A DNA stretch of 64,000 nt from a virus (lineage: Duplodnaviria > Caudoviricetes). Positions 17,078 through 28,900 of this stretch are shown here, piece after piece. The notes below the pieces were generated by a model. The model ran no database searches and was not told the origin of the DNA. It saw only the letters and a program-made list of their open reading frames with translations. Position 1 is the stretch's first letter; every line of letters starts with the position of its first letter. The position numbers and the translations under genes were made by a program. The DNA lies in the IMG/VR virus record IMGVR_UViG_2974528942_000001, positions 1 to 64,000 of that record. One strand, written 5' to 3'.

Positions 17078-18292
17078 GTGACCATCCAACTGTCGGCATT
17101 CAACAAGCCGACTCAGCTCCCCGACGGCCGCTTCGTCGTCAATCAGCCGCTGGATCGCCTCGTCCGCAAGGAGGTGATGCTCGGTGTCATCCGCGAGATC
17201 GTCAAGCCCGAGGATCATCTGGGCCTCCAGCTGTTCCCCTTCTACAACGTGCCGAGCGATGACTACATCTTCTCGTACGTCAAGGGCCTGACCACCGGCC
17301 TGGCCCCGGCCATCGCCGAGTCGGCCGAATCGGAACTGGCTCAGAAGGATTCGGGCCTGTCCGGACAGGGCCGCGCGTCGCTCATCGACTGGCGGCTCAA
17401 GGATCACTACGACGCGGGCGATGTCCAGCGGTTCGTGGACATCCAGATGCTCGCCGAGTCCGGCGCGCTCGGTCCCGGCGGTTTGCCCAGTTCGCTGCAG
17501 GGTGACCTCAATCAGTTCCCCGAGCGGGTGGCACGAGACACCGTCGAGCGTCGGCGTCGCCTCGACAACCGAATGGAATGGCTGCACATGCAGTCCATCT
17601 CCAACGGCGGTGTCGCCTACAACGACGGTAACATCAGCTTCGCTGTCGACTGGAAGCGACCCGCCGACCAGCACGCGCAGGCGCCGCTGGCCTCGCCGGA
17701 CAACCGCTACGACATCGACACGCACGACCCGATCAACGACATCAACAAGATCAAGCGACTCATGTATGACCGCTACGGCGTCATCATGGACCGCGCGATC
17801 GTCTCGAACAAGTTCCTGCTGTCACTGATCAACTCGAGCAAGTTCATCGTCCGCGCGGGCATGGGAGTCGCCGGCTCGACCGGAGCGCCCGAGGCCTCGG
17901 ACCTGCCCTACGTCGTCAACAACTGGGGACCGCAGGTCGCCATCGACCTCGTCAAGGCGCAGACCGGTATCGAGTTCATCGAGTACGACTCGGGCTACCG
18001 CAGCAAGAACCCCTTCGATCCCTACGGTGCGGTGACCTTCAACCGCTACCTGCCGGAGAACCGGGTCATCTTCCTGCCGTCGGAGGCCAGCATCCGCGAG
18101 TACGACTCGAGCCCGATCGGGTTCGGCAAGATGATGACCTCGCCGCACACCATGGGTGGAAACGCACCCGGCTTCTACGACTGGGAGCAGGAGACCACCG
18201 ATCCCTGGGGCCGCAACATCGGCACCGGCATCAAGGCCTTCCCGCTGTTCCCGCACATGGAGCTGTCCTACACCATGGACGTGGTTCTGTAA
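17078..18292 (+). CDS. Major capsid protein (capsid E-like family)
   Basis: 404 aa, extreme codon bias, SD AAGGAGA, RRRLDNRMEW motif, synteny. Confidence 0.88.
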   Translation: MTIQLSAFNKPTQLPDGRFVVNQPLDRLVRKEVMLGVIREIVKPEDHLGLQLFPFYNVPSDDYIFSYVKGLTTGLAPAIAESAESELAQKDSGLSGQGRASLIDWRLKDHYDAGDVQRFVDIQMLAESGALGPGGLPSSLQGDLNQFPERVARDTVERRRRLDNRMEWLHMQSISNGGVAYNDGNISFAVDWKRPADQHAQAPLASPDNRYDIDTHDPINDINKIKRLMYDRYGVIMDRAIVSNKFLLSLINSSKFIVRAGMGVAGSTGAPEASDLPYVVNNWGPQVAIDLVKAQTGIEFIEYDSGYRSKNPFDPYGAVTFNRYLPENRVIFLPSEASIREYDSSPIGFGKMMTSPHTMGGNAPGFYDWEQETTDPWGRNIGTGIKAFPLFPHMELSYTMDVVL

Positions 18293-18329
18293 TCTTTCCG
18301 GAGACGTTCGGAAGGGAAGGAGATCGGAC

Positions 18330-18521
18330 ATGGCCAGCGGAAGCACGGTCGTTCTGAAGAAGAAAGGTGATCGGGGTGGGGTTCTCCCGGGCAGCGGAAA
18401 CGGTGCCGGGAAGCTTCCCTACAACGCGATCACCGGTGGTCAGTCCGGAGCGAATCCGGTCCAGACCCGAGCCAACATGCAGGGGCACCTGCGTCGCGTG
18501 ATCGGGTACGGACAGCACTGA
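18330..18521 (+). CDS. Small Gly-rich basic protein
   Basis: ATG 18330 after GAAGGAGA; 63 aa. Confidence 0.65.
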   Translation: MASGSTVVLKKKGDRGGVLPGSGNGAGKLPYNAITGGQSGANPVQTRANMQGHLRRVIGYGQH

Positions 18522-18530
18522 CCCCCATTC

Positions 18531-18572
18531 GTCCCTGGCACGGGCTGACCCCCTTGCCGCCCGTGCCAGGGA
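18531..18572 (+). other. 15-bp perfect stem-loop
   Basis: GTCCCTGGCACGGGC / GCCCGTGCCAGGGAC, loop TGACCCCTTGCC; no U tract. Confidence 0.6.
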
Positions 18573-18608
18573 CGCACCACACTTCGAGCTTTGAGAGGAG
18601 GAAACACA

Positions 18609-18899
18609 ATGGCAGATGACACCAAGTCCGGAGTCCTCGAGGGCGACGAGACCTTCGTCGGCGTCGATCCGATCTACGCGAACGCAGCGGTTGCGACCGA
18701 TGCCCCGCAGTATCCGGAGGGCGACCCCGACGAGCTCGAGAAGTACGAACGCTTCAGCGAGGTGCCGGAACCGGAGACGGTCAGCAACTACGCCTCCAAG
18801 AAGAAGGCCGAGCCGAAGTCGGAGGCCAAGGAAGAGGAGCCGGTCCAGGAGACCAAGCCCTCGACCCCGCCGCCCCCGCCCGCCGCGCCGCAGAAGTAG
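18609..18899 (+). CDS. Acidic, Pro-rich hypothetical structural-operon protein
   Basis: ATG 18609 after GAGAGGAGG. Confidence 0.75.
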   Translation: MADDTKSGVLEGDETFVGVDPIYANAAVATDAPQYPEGDPDELEKYERFSEVPEPETVSNYASKKKAEPKSEAKEEEPVQETKPSTPPPPPAAPQK

Positions 18900-18908
18900 G
18901 AGACCAAG

Positions 18909-19409
18909 ATGGCCCGTCCAGCTTACACCGACGAGGATTCAGTCAAGACTCACCTTCGTAACGTTCGCCTCCAGGCGGGCGTCACGTACGAGGGCATGAT
19001 CGAAGCCGCGTCGAACGAGGTGGACGGGCATCTTGGTACCCGCTACAAGACTCCCATCGACGTTACGGTCTCGGACCCCAGTCAGACCACCGCCGCCTAC
19101 TGGCTGAGTAACGTCACTTCCATGATCGCAGCAGGTCGCTACCTCATGGCGACCAGCGCGGGTGGATCGCACGACTCGACTCATAACTACGGCAGCTATC
19201 TCGTTGGTACTGCCATGGCACTCATTCGCTCCGTCCAGAGTGGCAAGACAGATCTCTCCGGGATCGAGACACTCGATGGCGTTGAGCAGGGGCCAATCAT
19301 CATCAACCAAGATGCATACTCGCAGGTTGATCTGTTCTACGACAACATGCACCCGGAAGGTTTCATGCCAGGCCGAACAACTCGGGGTGACGCGCCGTGG
19401 CCGAGGTAA
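18909..19409 (+). CDS. Head-to-tail adaptor (Mu gp36-like)
   Basis: AASNEVDGHLGTRYKTPI motif; synteny. Confidence 0.7.
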   Translation: MARPAYTDEDSVKTHLRNVRLQAGVTYEGMIEAASNEVDGHLGTRYKTPIDVTVSDPSQTTAAYWLSNVTSMIAAGRYLMATSAGGSHDSTHNYGSYLVGTAMALIRSVQSGKTDLSGIETLDGVEQGPIIINQDAYSQVDLFYDNMHPEGFMPGRTTRGDAPWPR

Positions 19410-19909
19410 GTTATACGGTTGAAACGAAGCGAGTCCAGCTCCGCATTCGTGCGATCGAGCAGCGCATTAATGCTTCGGGCATGGCGGCATTCTTCATGAG
19501 CGTCGGCACCAACTACCTTCAGGGTCGAGCATCGGAACGCTTTGCAGCACAGGGTGACGACGCATCGGGTAAGTGGCAACCGCTATCTCCGCACACAGTT
19601 CGTGACAAGGTGCAGGCCGGACTCGATCCGCGGATCAACATTCGCACTGGTGCGATGAAGTCCTATATCGAGGATGCCCCAGGTTACATCATCGGAGGCG
19701 GAGCCAGGGGCACCTCATTCGGCTGGCCGCGCGCGTCTCCGTCTAAGGACATTCAAGATCGAATCCGACTTGCGCAGTTTGGCAGCGCATCCCTCGGTCT
19801 CGATCGAGGTGATGCACGAGATGTTCCAGCCCGCCCGGTGATTGCAGCTGATGCGAGTGACATGATGACACTCGCCAAGCTGCTGGACTCGTACATCGGG
19901 AGCGTCTAG
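19397..19909 (+). CDS. Virion morphogenesis / tail completion protein (Mu gpG-like)
   Basis: FAAQGDDASGKWQPLS motif; synteny. Confidence 0.6.
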   Translation: MAEVSYTVETKRVQLRIRAIEQRINASGMAAFFMSVGTNYLQGRASERFAAQGDDASGKWQPLSPHTVRDKVQAGLDPRINIRTGAMKSYIEDAPGYIIGGGARGTSFGWPRASPSKDIQDRIRLAQFGSASLGLDRGDARDVPARPVIAADASDMMTLAKLLDSYIGSV

Positions 19910-20400
19910 TGCCTTCAATCGAAGACCCCGGGGATACCTTCTTCCCGTACAACGCTATCAGGGTTATCGAGCTTCGTATCGCTGATCTCGTTGCTCCAGA
20001 CTTGAACTTCCAGCGTCGTCGTGTGCATCAGGGTGATCCCGACCAGACGGTTGCCACTGTCCCGGTTGACGCCCAGGTCTCCAACAGGGAGATCGGGCGT
20101 GTCGGACCTTCGACTACCGAGTACACGATCTACATTCAGAGCCTCATCATTGATTCGGACATCGAGCGGGGTTTGAGAACCCATTCGTTTTTCGCAAAGA
20201 AGTTGAGGGATGTGCTTGCATGGGATCGTCTCCTGCATGTAGCATTGGGCCAATTGACCTCAGTGATGGGTCCAGTGACAGAGTCGACCACTGAGGTCAG
20301 GATCGGCGGCCAGCTGTTCCACAACGTCGAGGACAACGGAGCCATGAACTGGCTCAGCACAGCGGACTTGACAATCATCACCGAACAGAGATCAAGCTAA
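19909..20400 (+). CDS. Putative tail terminator
   Basis: Size and position upstream of the major tail gene. Confidence 0.5.
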   Translation: MPSIEDPGDTFFPYNAIRVIELRIADLVAPDLNFQRRRVHQGDPDQTVATVPVDAQVSNREIGRVGPSTTEYTIYIQSLIIDSDIERGLRTHSFFAKKLRDVLAWDRLLHVALGQLTSVMGPVTESTTEVRIGGQLFHNVEDNGAMNWLSTADLTIITEQRSS

Positions 20401-20413
20401 CAAAGGGAGAATC

Positions 20414-20842
20414 ATGCCCAGCGTAGACGAACTGCGGGAACAGGTTCGGGCACGTCGCCAGGAACTTCGTGACGCAACACGTGAGCGCCAGGAGCTCGAA
20501 ATCGAGAAGTCCGCCGACGTTCAGAAGGCAGCCCTCGAACGCGAGCTCGCTTCGCTCGAGACCGACATCGCGTACGAGGAAGCAGCCAAGATCCTCATCG
20601 AGCGCGCCGACGAGTTCAACAAGCCCGCGTCCGACGTGGCAGTCGGAGGCATGGAGCCCAAGGGCTCTCCGGCCTCGACCAAGCCGGCCGACAGCACTCC
20701 GTCCGCAGACAGCACTCCTGCTGCGCCGACGGTACCGGACAAGACCGACGACACGGACAAGGCCGACGACACGGACCCGCTCGCCAGCCTCAACCTGCCG
20801 GGCGACTCGTCGGACGACGACGACCAGAAGGAAGGCAAGTAA
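20414..20842 (+). CDS. Coiled-coil, acidic low-complexity hypothetical protein
   Basis: SD AAAGGGAG; high GC3. Confidence 0.75.
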   Translation: MPSVDELREQVRARRQELRDATRERQELEIEKSADVQKAALERELASLETDIAYEEAAKILIERADEFNKPASDVAVGGMEPKGSPASTKPADSTPSADSTPAAPTVPDKTDDTDKADDTDPLASLNLPGDSSDDDDQKEGK

Positions 20843-20845
20843 GTC

Positions 20846-21865
20846 ATGGGCTTCAACGCACAGCAAGGCGCCATCGCCTTCAAGACCCAGAGCGCCAAGG
20901 GCACTCCGGCGACGAACATCGGTACCGAAGGTATCGCCATGTATCGCACCGGCGGTTCGCTGAGTCCCAACGTCGAGCTCATGACTCCCGACGCGGAGAT
21001 CGGTGGACACCGGGACACGGTCGATGCCCTGCTCGGCCCCATCTCCAACGGCGGTGACTTGGAGTTCTACACCCGCTTCGAGTCGATCGGGTTCCTCCTC
21101 AAGGCCGCCCTCGGTGCGCCCGTCAGCGCTGCCGGGACCGTGAGCGGAACTCATGAGCACACCTTCACCCCCTCGGACGCGCAGCTCCTGCCGTTCTTCA
21201 CCACGTGGGAGCGCATCGGCGCAGGCCTGCAGCGGGTGCAGTACACCGACTGCGTGGTCAACACCCTCTCGCTCGAGTGCGACCCGGACGGTTACCTCAC
21301 CGGCTCGGTCGGCATCATCGGCTGCCGTGCGCTGTACGGAGTCCCGGACATCAACGTCCAGCCGATCCTCGACGAGACAAAGTTCACCGTCGGCTCCAAC
21401 ATCAAGGTCATGCACGCGGGTGCGGACCTGAAGTCCAAGGGCTTCAGCCTGGAGATCAACAACAACTTCGATGACAGCGACTTCCGCATGGGGTCGCGGT
21501 ACATCGAGGACCTGACCCCGGGTCAGCGCGAGGTCACCGGCTCGGTGAACCTGCGGCACGAGAGCGATGCGATCATGCGCTCGGCAGTCCTCGGCTCCGC
21601 GGTCGCCACCACCGCCGGCGGGCTCACCTCCAAGGAGCCGGTCATCATCGAGATCGAGAGCTACGGAGAGATCGACGGCGCGGCGACGCCGACGACCAAC
21701 CGACTCGAGATCGAGTTCCCGAACGTCATCTTCGAACCCTTCGGTTTCGAGCCCTCGGGCGCGGATCAGATCGAGGGTGACGTCTCGTGGCGAGCGGTTC
21801 GTCCCGACTACAGCACGCCGGTTCTCACAGCGACGTTGCTCAACGGGCTGACCGCTCTCCCTTGA
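20846..21865 (+). CDS. Major tail (tube) protein
   Basis: 339 aa, strong codon bias, directly upstream of the chaperone and tape measure. Confidence 0.85.
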   Translation: MGFNAQQGAIAFKTQSAKGTPATNIGTEGIAMYRTGGSLSPNVELMTPDAEIGGHRDTVDALLGPISNGGDLEFYTRFESIGFLLKAALGAPVSAAGTVSGTHEHTFTPSDAQLLPFFTTWERIGAGLQRVQYTDCVVNTLSLECDPDGYLTGSVGIIGCRALYGVPDINVQPILDETKFTVGSNIKVMHAGADLKSKGFSLEINNNFDDSDFRMGSRYIEDLTPGQREVTGSVNLRHESDAIMRSAVLGSAVATTAGGLTSKEPVIIEIESYGEIDGAATPTTNRLEIEFPNVIFEPFGFEPSGADQIEGDVSWRAVRPDYSTPVLTATLLNGLTALP

Positions 21866-21890
21866 TCTTTTCCGGTGCCTCCGGGAAAGT

Positions 21891-21935
21891 CCGGTCCCGA
21901 GTTCCTTGCCAGTGGGGACTCGGGACCGGTTTATA
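21891..21935 (+). terminator. Intrinsic terminator-like hairpin after major tail gene
   Basis: 12-bp stem CCGGTCCCGAGT/ACTCGGGACCGG followed by TTTATA. Confidence 0.6.
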
Positions 21936-21968
21936 AATGTCAGTAGATAGCCACAGGAAGGGCTCACA

Positions 21969-22568
21969 ATGACAGTTCCAGTTCCGACTTCGCAGGCCGA
22001 TCGCACCGCGTTCGATCCCGAAGACGACAAGACACAGCGGACCATCGACCGCATGGCCGAGGCCGGCGAGGTCATCGAAGAGAAGCGCTTCGTCGACTAC
22101 TTCGCCGAGCCGGAGACCCACCTCCACAAACTGCCGGACGGCGTCCAGTGGTTCGAGTTCCAGGAACTCCGCGAGGGCGGCAAGGCCAAGTACGAGAAGA
22201 TCATCAACCGCGAGGGCATCAAGGTCCAGCGCGCCACGGGCGACGCTCGACTTCCGATCGACCCGGCCATCGCACGGCACACGCTGATTCAGCTCGCCGT
22301 CACGAACGCCTACATCATCACCACCCAGAACGGTCGACCCGAGCCGCTGCAGTTCCGCATGGGGCCGAACGAGAAGAACACCCGCTTCTGGGAGACCGTC
22401 CTCGAGAAGTTCCCGTCGAACCTCATCGACGAACTCCACAAGGAGGTCCAGAAGGTCAACCGCTGGATCGCCGCGGACGACGACATCGAGGGCCTCGAGA
22501 AGCAGCGCGATGAGCTCGAAGAGCGCATTCGCATGGCCCGGGAGGAAGAGGCAAAAAAGGACTCCTGA
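21969..22568 (+). CDS. Tail assembly chaperone (short form)
   Basis: Between major tail and TMP; ends at a slippery site. Confidence 0.85.
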   Translation: MTVPVPTSQADRTAFDPEDDKTQRTIDRMAEAGEVIEEKRFVDYFAEPETHLHKLPDGVQWFEFQELREGGKAKYEKIINREGIKVQRATGDARLPIDPAIARHTLIQLAVTNAYIITTQNGRPEPLQFRMGPNEKNTRFWETVLEKFPSNLIDELHKEVQKVNRWIAADDDIEGLEKQRDELEERIRMAREEEAKKDS

Positions 22569-22852
22569 TCGAGCAGGCGGAGGACTTCGTACGGGGTCGT
22601 CAGGTCCAGGACCCTCACCCTATTCTTCTGATCTACCAGAGACTGGAGACGTGGAACTGGAATCTTCCGTACGTTCAGGGTGGCCTCGCCGATCAGGACG
22701 TGATGCTCCTTCGTGGCATTGACATAATCGCTTCTGCGAAAGCAAGGTTCGAGCGCGAAGAACAGAAGCGACAAGAGGCAGCAACAAAGACGAAGAACCC
22801 TACCGCCTCTAAGGGTACCCGCCCCGCAGGGCGGCGTGGTCGTCGTCGATAA
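21969..22852 (+). CDS. Tail assembly chaperone, -1 frameshifted long form
   Basis: A AAA AAG at 22553-22559; -1 frame open 99 codons to TAA 22850-22852, with LPYVQGGLADQD. Confidence 0.85.
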
Positions 22853-22854
22853 CT

Positions 22855-22900
22855 CACAGCGAGGGTAGTGCTTGATTGCACTGCCCTCGCTGTGTATTAT
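22855..22900 (+). promoter_or_regulatory. SigA-like promoter embedded in a 17-bp inverted repeat upstream of TMP
   Basis: TTGATT (22872-77, the loop)-17 bp (right arm)-TATTAT (22895-900). Confidence 0.5.
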
Positions 22901-22964
22901 GCTCAGTCATCCCTACGGACACTTGAGGTCCACCTGCACAGTACCTTAAGGTCTGGAGTGTTTA

Positions 22965-25900
22965 GTGCTTACCACTGATATGATCATCGCGATTCACGCG
23001 AGGACAGCTCAGGCGCAGCGGCAGCTGGCACAGATGCAGGGACAGCTCAAGGCACTCGAACGCGCTGGCATAGACTCAACCAACTCGGTGGGTCGCTCCG
23101 TTAATGGTCTCGATCGAACCAGTGAGCGGGCGCGCGCGAACTCGAACAAGCCCTGGTTCTCGCAGATGCGAGCGAGTGGTTCTCAGATTCAATGGGTAGG
23201 CAGGCAGATGTCTGTCGGCCTAACTCTGCCGTTGATCGGCGCGATGGCGATGGGTACCAAGTTCGCTCTCGACTTCGAGAAGAACATGACCCGTGTGTCC
23301 AAGGTCTATGGTGACTCTGCGCTACAGGTCTCTCTCGGCAGTAAGGGCATGCAGGAGGAAGTCGACGCCCTGGGTCGCGCGTTCGTGGAGCTTGGAAACA
23401 AGTACGGGCAGAGCGCCGCCGATGTGGCGGAGATCGGCTCCTCCTGGGCGGCTGCCGGTAGCTCGGGTCGCGCACTTGCAAAGCAAACCGAGCTGACCAT
23501 GCAGACCATGGTCCTCGGTGAGATGACGGCAGCTGAGGCAACGGAAGCGCTCATCTCGATCCAGGCTCAGTGGGGTGTGGTCACCGAGTCCAACCAGGAC
23601 AAGATCGAGGCTGCAGGTGGTGCGGTTCGGAACCGCGCCAAGGATGAGATGAGTCTCACAAATATCCTGCGCCAGCTGAACGCGGTCGAGAACGAGACCG
23701 GCGCGAAGATGCAGGACCTTGTCAAGGGTTACCAGCGTGCGTCGGGTACCGCCCGGTCGGCAGGTGTGGAAACCGGCGAGCTTGCTGCAATGATCGCGGC
23801 GTTGGTGCCCGCCGCCGGTGGTGCCGCCGAAGCAGGAACCGCCCTGCGTACCATGCTCAACCGCGTGATGACGCCGATGAACGACGCCAAGGAAGTCTTG
23901 GCGAAGATGAACATCGACGTCACCAAGTCCGACTGGGTCACCAAGTCTGCGACCGAGCGACTCGAGGTCATGGCCAAGGCCTACCCGAAGTTGACTGGTG
24001 CGCAGCAGCAGTGGCTTGGCTTCGTGATCGCCGGTCGCTGGCACGTCAACCGCTTCATGATCCTCATGAACGCGATGGGCAACGCGAACAGCTACTATGG
24101 CAAGACACTCAAGACCCTGAGCGATCAGGCTCGTGTCACTCGCATCGCCGAAAAAGAGCTCGAAGCAGTTCTGACATCGAACCCGCAGCGTATGAAGCAG
24201 GCGGGCGCGATCATCCAGAACTCGCTGATGAAGGCGATGATTCCGCTTGTCCCGATGATCACGCAGGTTGCCCTGTGGTTCGGCAAGCTGGCGAACGCCT
24301 TCGCGGAGATACCTCCGCACATCAGGACTACCATACTCGCGGTTGCCCTCTTCCTGGGTGTGCTCGGTCCACTGATCATCTTCCTCGGAATGATCAAGCT
24401 CTCGATCGGCATGCTTGCACCAGCGTTCATCGCCATGGCGAAGTTCGTCTTGCTGCCGCTCAAGCCCTTCATGATGATGTTCGCCCTCGTTGGCAAGGGT
24501 CTGACCGCGCTGCCTATCGCCGCAATCGGTGCAGCCAGGGGCATGCTGCTCGGCTTCATGTTCATGATCAAGAGCGTTGCCATGGTCGGCGCTGCCGTCG
24601 GCATGGTCGCTCCGATCGTGTCCACTGCACTGGGCATGGCGGCGACCGCTATCGTAGCCTGGGCTCCAACGGTCGCAGCACTGCCTGCCATGATCGCGCT
24701 TGCGGTCGGCAAGATTGCACTCGTGATCGACGCACTCATGGCGCTCATGAGGTTCCGCGTCACAGCCGGAATGGCAGTGATCACCACACTCTTTGCTGCA
24801 GGGCCGATCGCATGGCGGACGGCACTCGCAGTCTCGACCGGCGGCATCGCACTGGTCATGGACGCACTCATGGTGCTTCTCCGTGTGCGTTTGGTGGCCT
24901 GGTTCGCCGCAACCAAGGCCCTGTTCTTCGCTGGTCCGCTCGCCTGGGCTGCAGCAATGCGTACCGGCATGGCAGCTGTGTACGCCTTCATGGTCGCAGG
25001 GCTTGCCGCCAAGCTGACAGCTACTCGAGTGTGGGCCGTGGCGTCTGCACTGATCCACAAGATTCATTGGGCCACTGTAGTTGCGATCGCCAAGACTGGC
25101 ATGATCGCACTGGTCACCAATGTGCGCAAGCTTGCGCCACTACTTCTCAAGGCACTGGCCAGTCCGTGGGTCTTGGCTATCGGTGCCATCGTCCTGGTCC
25201 TGACACTCTTTAAGGATCAGGTGAAGGCCGCGATCACCAACGTGGTCGACTACTTCCGCAACCTTCCGGCTGGCATCAAGCAGGGTCTCGCCCCGATCGG
25301 TCGCATGTTCACTGCGATCAAGAACGGCATCCTCAAGGCATTCAACGCGCTGCCCGAGGGTATCAAGAACGCGATGCTCGCAGTCATCAATGTGGTCAAG
25401 GCCGCGGCGATGGCAGTGTACCGACTGTTCAGTTACCTGAACCCCTTCGCTCACCACTCCCCATCCCTGGTCGAGAACGTCACCAACGGTATGGCAGTGG
25501 TGAACGATCAGTTTGCCAACAGCGCTCGGGTTGCCGAGTCTAACATCAACCGTATCCACTCTGCAATTAAGTCCCTGCAGGGTGCGGGCGCGGGCATGGT
25601 GACCGCCAACGATCAGGCGAAGGATGCAGAGTTCCGCGGCAACGCGGCCAAGGCCGGTGGCGCCAGCGCTCTACCTCAGTACGACACACTGAATCGACAG
25701 GTCGCCGAGAGCAAGCGTGCCCTCGAGTCCATGAACACTGCGATTGAAGCGCAGGAAGATAAGGTCGAGTCGGTTCAGAAGTCGATCAAGCGATACGATC
25801 AGACGATCAAGGAGATGAATAAGAGCCTGGAGACCACGAAGTCCATCCAGGCCAGCGTGGGTGACGCGCTGGATTCAGCGAAGGCTCGATTCGATCGGTA

Positions 25901-28900
25901 CTCGAACGCGCAGGTCGCAGGCTACGGCGCAGCCGAGGATGCCATCTTCGCAAACGAGTTGGCACAGAAGCGACTGCAACTCCAGATCAAGCGGATGGAA
26001 TCTGCCGCCGGTGGAGTGGACAGCGTAACCGACTCGTACGCTAAGCTCCAGGGGCAGATCGAAATGCTCCAGGGCAAGCAGGCTGAGCTGCGCGCCGGTG
26101 GCGCGGGGTCTGACATTCTCGGCCCTTACGACGACATGATCGGTAAGCTCAAGTCGGAGCAGGGCGCGCTCGGTAGCGGCAACACCGGACCCGGTGCGGC
26201 CATCGCACAGCTCACCACACAGCTCGAAGCGCTGCAGCGCCAGGCTGAGATCATGGACCTGGAGAAGGCTCTCAAGTTCGATTCGCTGAATCGGAGCATT
26301 GAGAAGTTCAAGTCGAACACCGAGGAACTCTCCTACGGCGAGATCATGAACGGGCTCGACTCGTCTCGCAACTCGGTCAACGCACTTTCCCTCGCGTACG
26401 ATAGCCTCGGCTATCAGCTCAAGGGCCAGGAATACCAGATCGCACAGGTCGAAGCCGCGCGCGCCGCGATGCAGGATCAGTACGACCTGGAGAACGACAA
26501 GCTCTCGATCATGAAGGAGAGCTACGACGCTGTCGAGGAGTCGATCCGGGCTGGCGAGCAGGCCATGCAGGACTTCTCCAGCGCCATCGACGAGACGATC
26601 CAGCGCCAGGAAGCGCTCGAGCGCGCACAGGAAGCTGCCAAGAAAAAGAAGAAGAAGGGCGCGGGTGCGGGTGCCGATGACGAGTACACCGCAGCCATGG
26701 GCTTCGAGGATGCTGGTCAAGCGGACTTCGCCATCCCCGGCAGCTCGAACGCCATCATGCGCGAAGGCGGCATGGGTAACCAGGCCGGCGAGATCGACGC
26801 ATTCACGGACAATCTTCAGAAGTCCATCGAGGAGTCCCTCGGTGGAATGAACCCCTTCGCCCCGGTCATGGCGGCGTGGGATCGGATTAAGCAGTGGTTC
26901 TCGCAGAACGTCAGCCCTGTCGGCAAGACCGTCGGGGCTATGTTCGCTGGCATTGGCAAGTCCATCCAGGCGGGGTTCAATGGCGGCGAGCCTGCTGTCG
27001 ATGCACTCACCCGTGCGTTCGCCGAAGGGCGAATGGGTGTCGAAGAATATCGAAAGAGGTTGGGTGAACTCGGGGCGGACACCTCTACCCAGGGGATTCT
27101 TGCACGCCTGAAGGAAGGCGTCCAGGAGAAGGACAACGTCTTCTACAAGATTGGCCAGTGGGTTCAGCAGGCTTGGGAGAAGATCGAAGGATTCGGAAAG
27201 CTTGCTGGTGACTTCCTCGGCAAGCTGTTCGGTCCCGATCTGAAGGCTACCCTGACCATCATCAAGGATGGACTCTACGAGATCTGGACCAAGGCGTCCG
27301 GTCCTCTGAATGAACTCAAGGATTCCCTCGGGCCGTTCCTCAAGATGGTCGGCGAGCTCGCCGTCATCGTGGGTGGCGCACTCCTCATGGCGTTCGAGGT
27401 TGTCTGGGAGATGCTCAACGGAGCGCTCGGGCCTGCCTTCAGCTTCATCGCTGACCTCATCGGCGGCCTGATCCTGGTCATCACTGGCATCGTCAAGGTG
27501 ATCACCGGCGCATTCAACATCGTACTCGGTACGGTGAAGCTGATCTTCAGCATCTTCAAGGGCGTGTTCACGTTCATCAAGGGGCTGTTCTCCGGCGACA
27601 TCGACATGTCCGGGTTCGAGGGTGTTGGTGCAGCACTCAAGCAGATCTTCGTTGACGGCATCGGCACGGCACTCGGTGGCCTGTGGACTATCGTCAAGGG
27701 TATCTGGGACTCGATCGTAAGCCTGTTCAAGAACGCAGCCAAGATCGTTTGGAATGTGGTCTACGGTTTCGTCAAGGGTATCATCGACTTCTTCAAGACC
27801 CTGTGGGACGTGCTCGTCGGGCACTCGATCGTGCCTGACACGATCAACTCGATCATCGACTGGTTCAAGGAACTGCCCGGCAAGCTTCCCGGCATTGTGT
27901 GGGGAGTCATCACCAAGGTCATCGGGTTCTTCCTGAAGCTGCCGCTGATGATCGGCAAGGCGCTACTCACCCTCGGCGGGTTCCTGTTCAACGCCTTCAT
28001 CACAGCGATGGCGTGGCTGTTGCCCAAGCTGCCCGGCATGATCTGGAACGTCATCAAGTTCTTTGCGACGTTGCCGTTCAAGATCATCGCCGCACTCGCT
28101 GGGTTCGGTATGAAGCTGCTGGGCTGGATCGGGCAGGCCATCGCCTGGTTGGTCCCACAGCTCCCCGGCATCATCTGGAACCTGATCACATTCTTTGCAA
28201 CCCTGCCGTTCAAGATCCTCGGCGCACTCGGTGGCCTCGGACTCAAGCTGCTCGGCTGGATTTGGGATGCGATCAGCTGGCTCGTACCTCAGTTGCCAGG
28301 AGCCATCTGGAATATCATCAAGTTCTTTGCTACCCTGCCATTCAAGATCATCGGAGCCCTCATCGGGTTCGGTGGGCAGCTGTTCGAGTGGGCGAAGAAC
28401 GCATTCATCTGGCTAGCCCAGCGTCTGCCTGGGATCGTCCAGGGCGTGATCGACTTCGCCAAGGAGATTCCGGGTAACTTCATCCGAGGTCTCGGAGTCA
28501 TCGGCAGGTTCCTGTGGGAGTGGATGAAGAAGGGCTGGGACTTCCTGGTCAACGAACTCCCCGGTATCGTTGCAGGGTTCCTCAAGTGGATCGCAGGCAT
28601 CCCCGGCATGCTGCTCGGCAAGCTCGGCGACGGCGCCAAGGTGCTGTACAACTACGGCAAGGACATGATCCAGGGCCTGATGAACGGCACCGCGGGTCTG
28701 CTCAAGAAGCTCGGCGACTGGTTCCTCGACAAGATCCCCGGCTGGATCAAGACCCCGTTCAAGAAGGCACTTGGCATCGCGTCGCCGTCGAAGGTGTTCG
28801 CTGGCTACGGCCAGAACATTGGCGAAGGTCTCATCCTCGGTATCGACAGCATGCAGCGTCAGGTCGAGCAGGCATCGGTCGGAATCGCAGCGGCGGCAGA

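Noticed and set aside
18156-18521. +1 frameshift extension of the capsid protein into the downstream 63-aa ORF
   Set aside because: The small ORF has its own strong SD at good spacing; no evident shift site.
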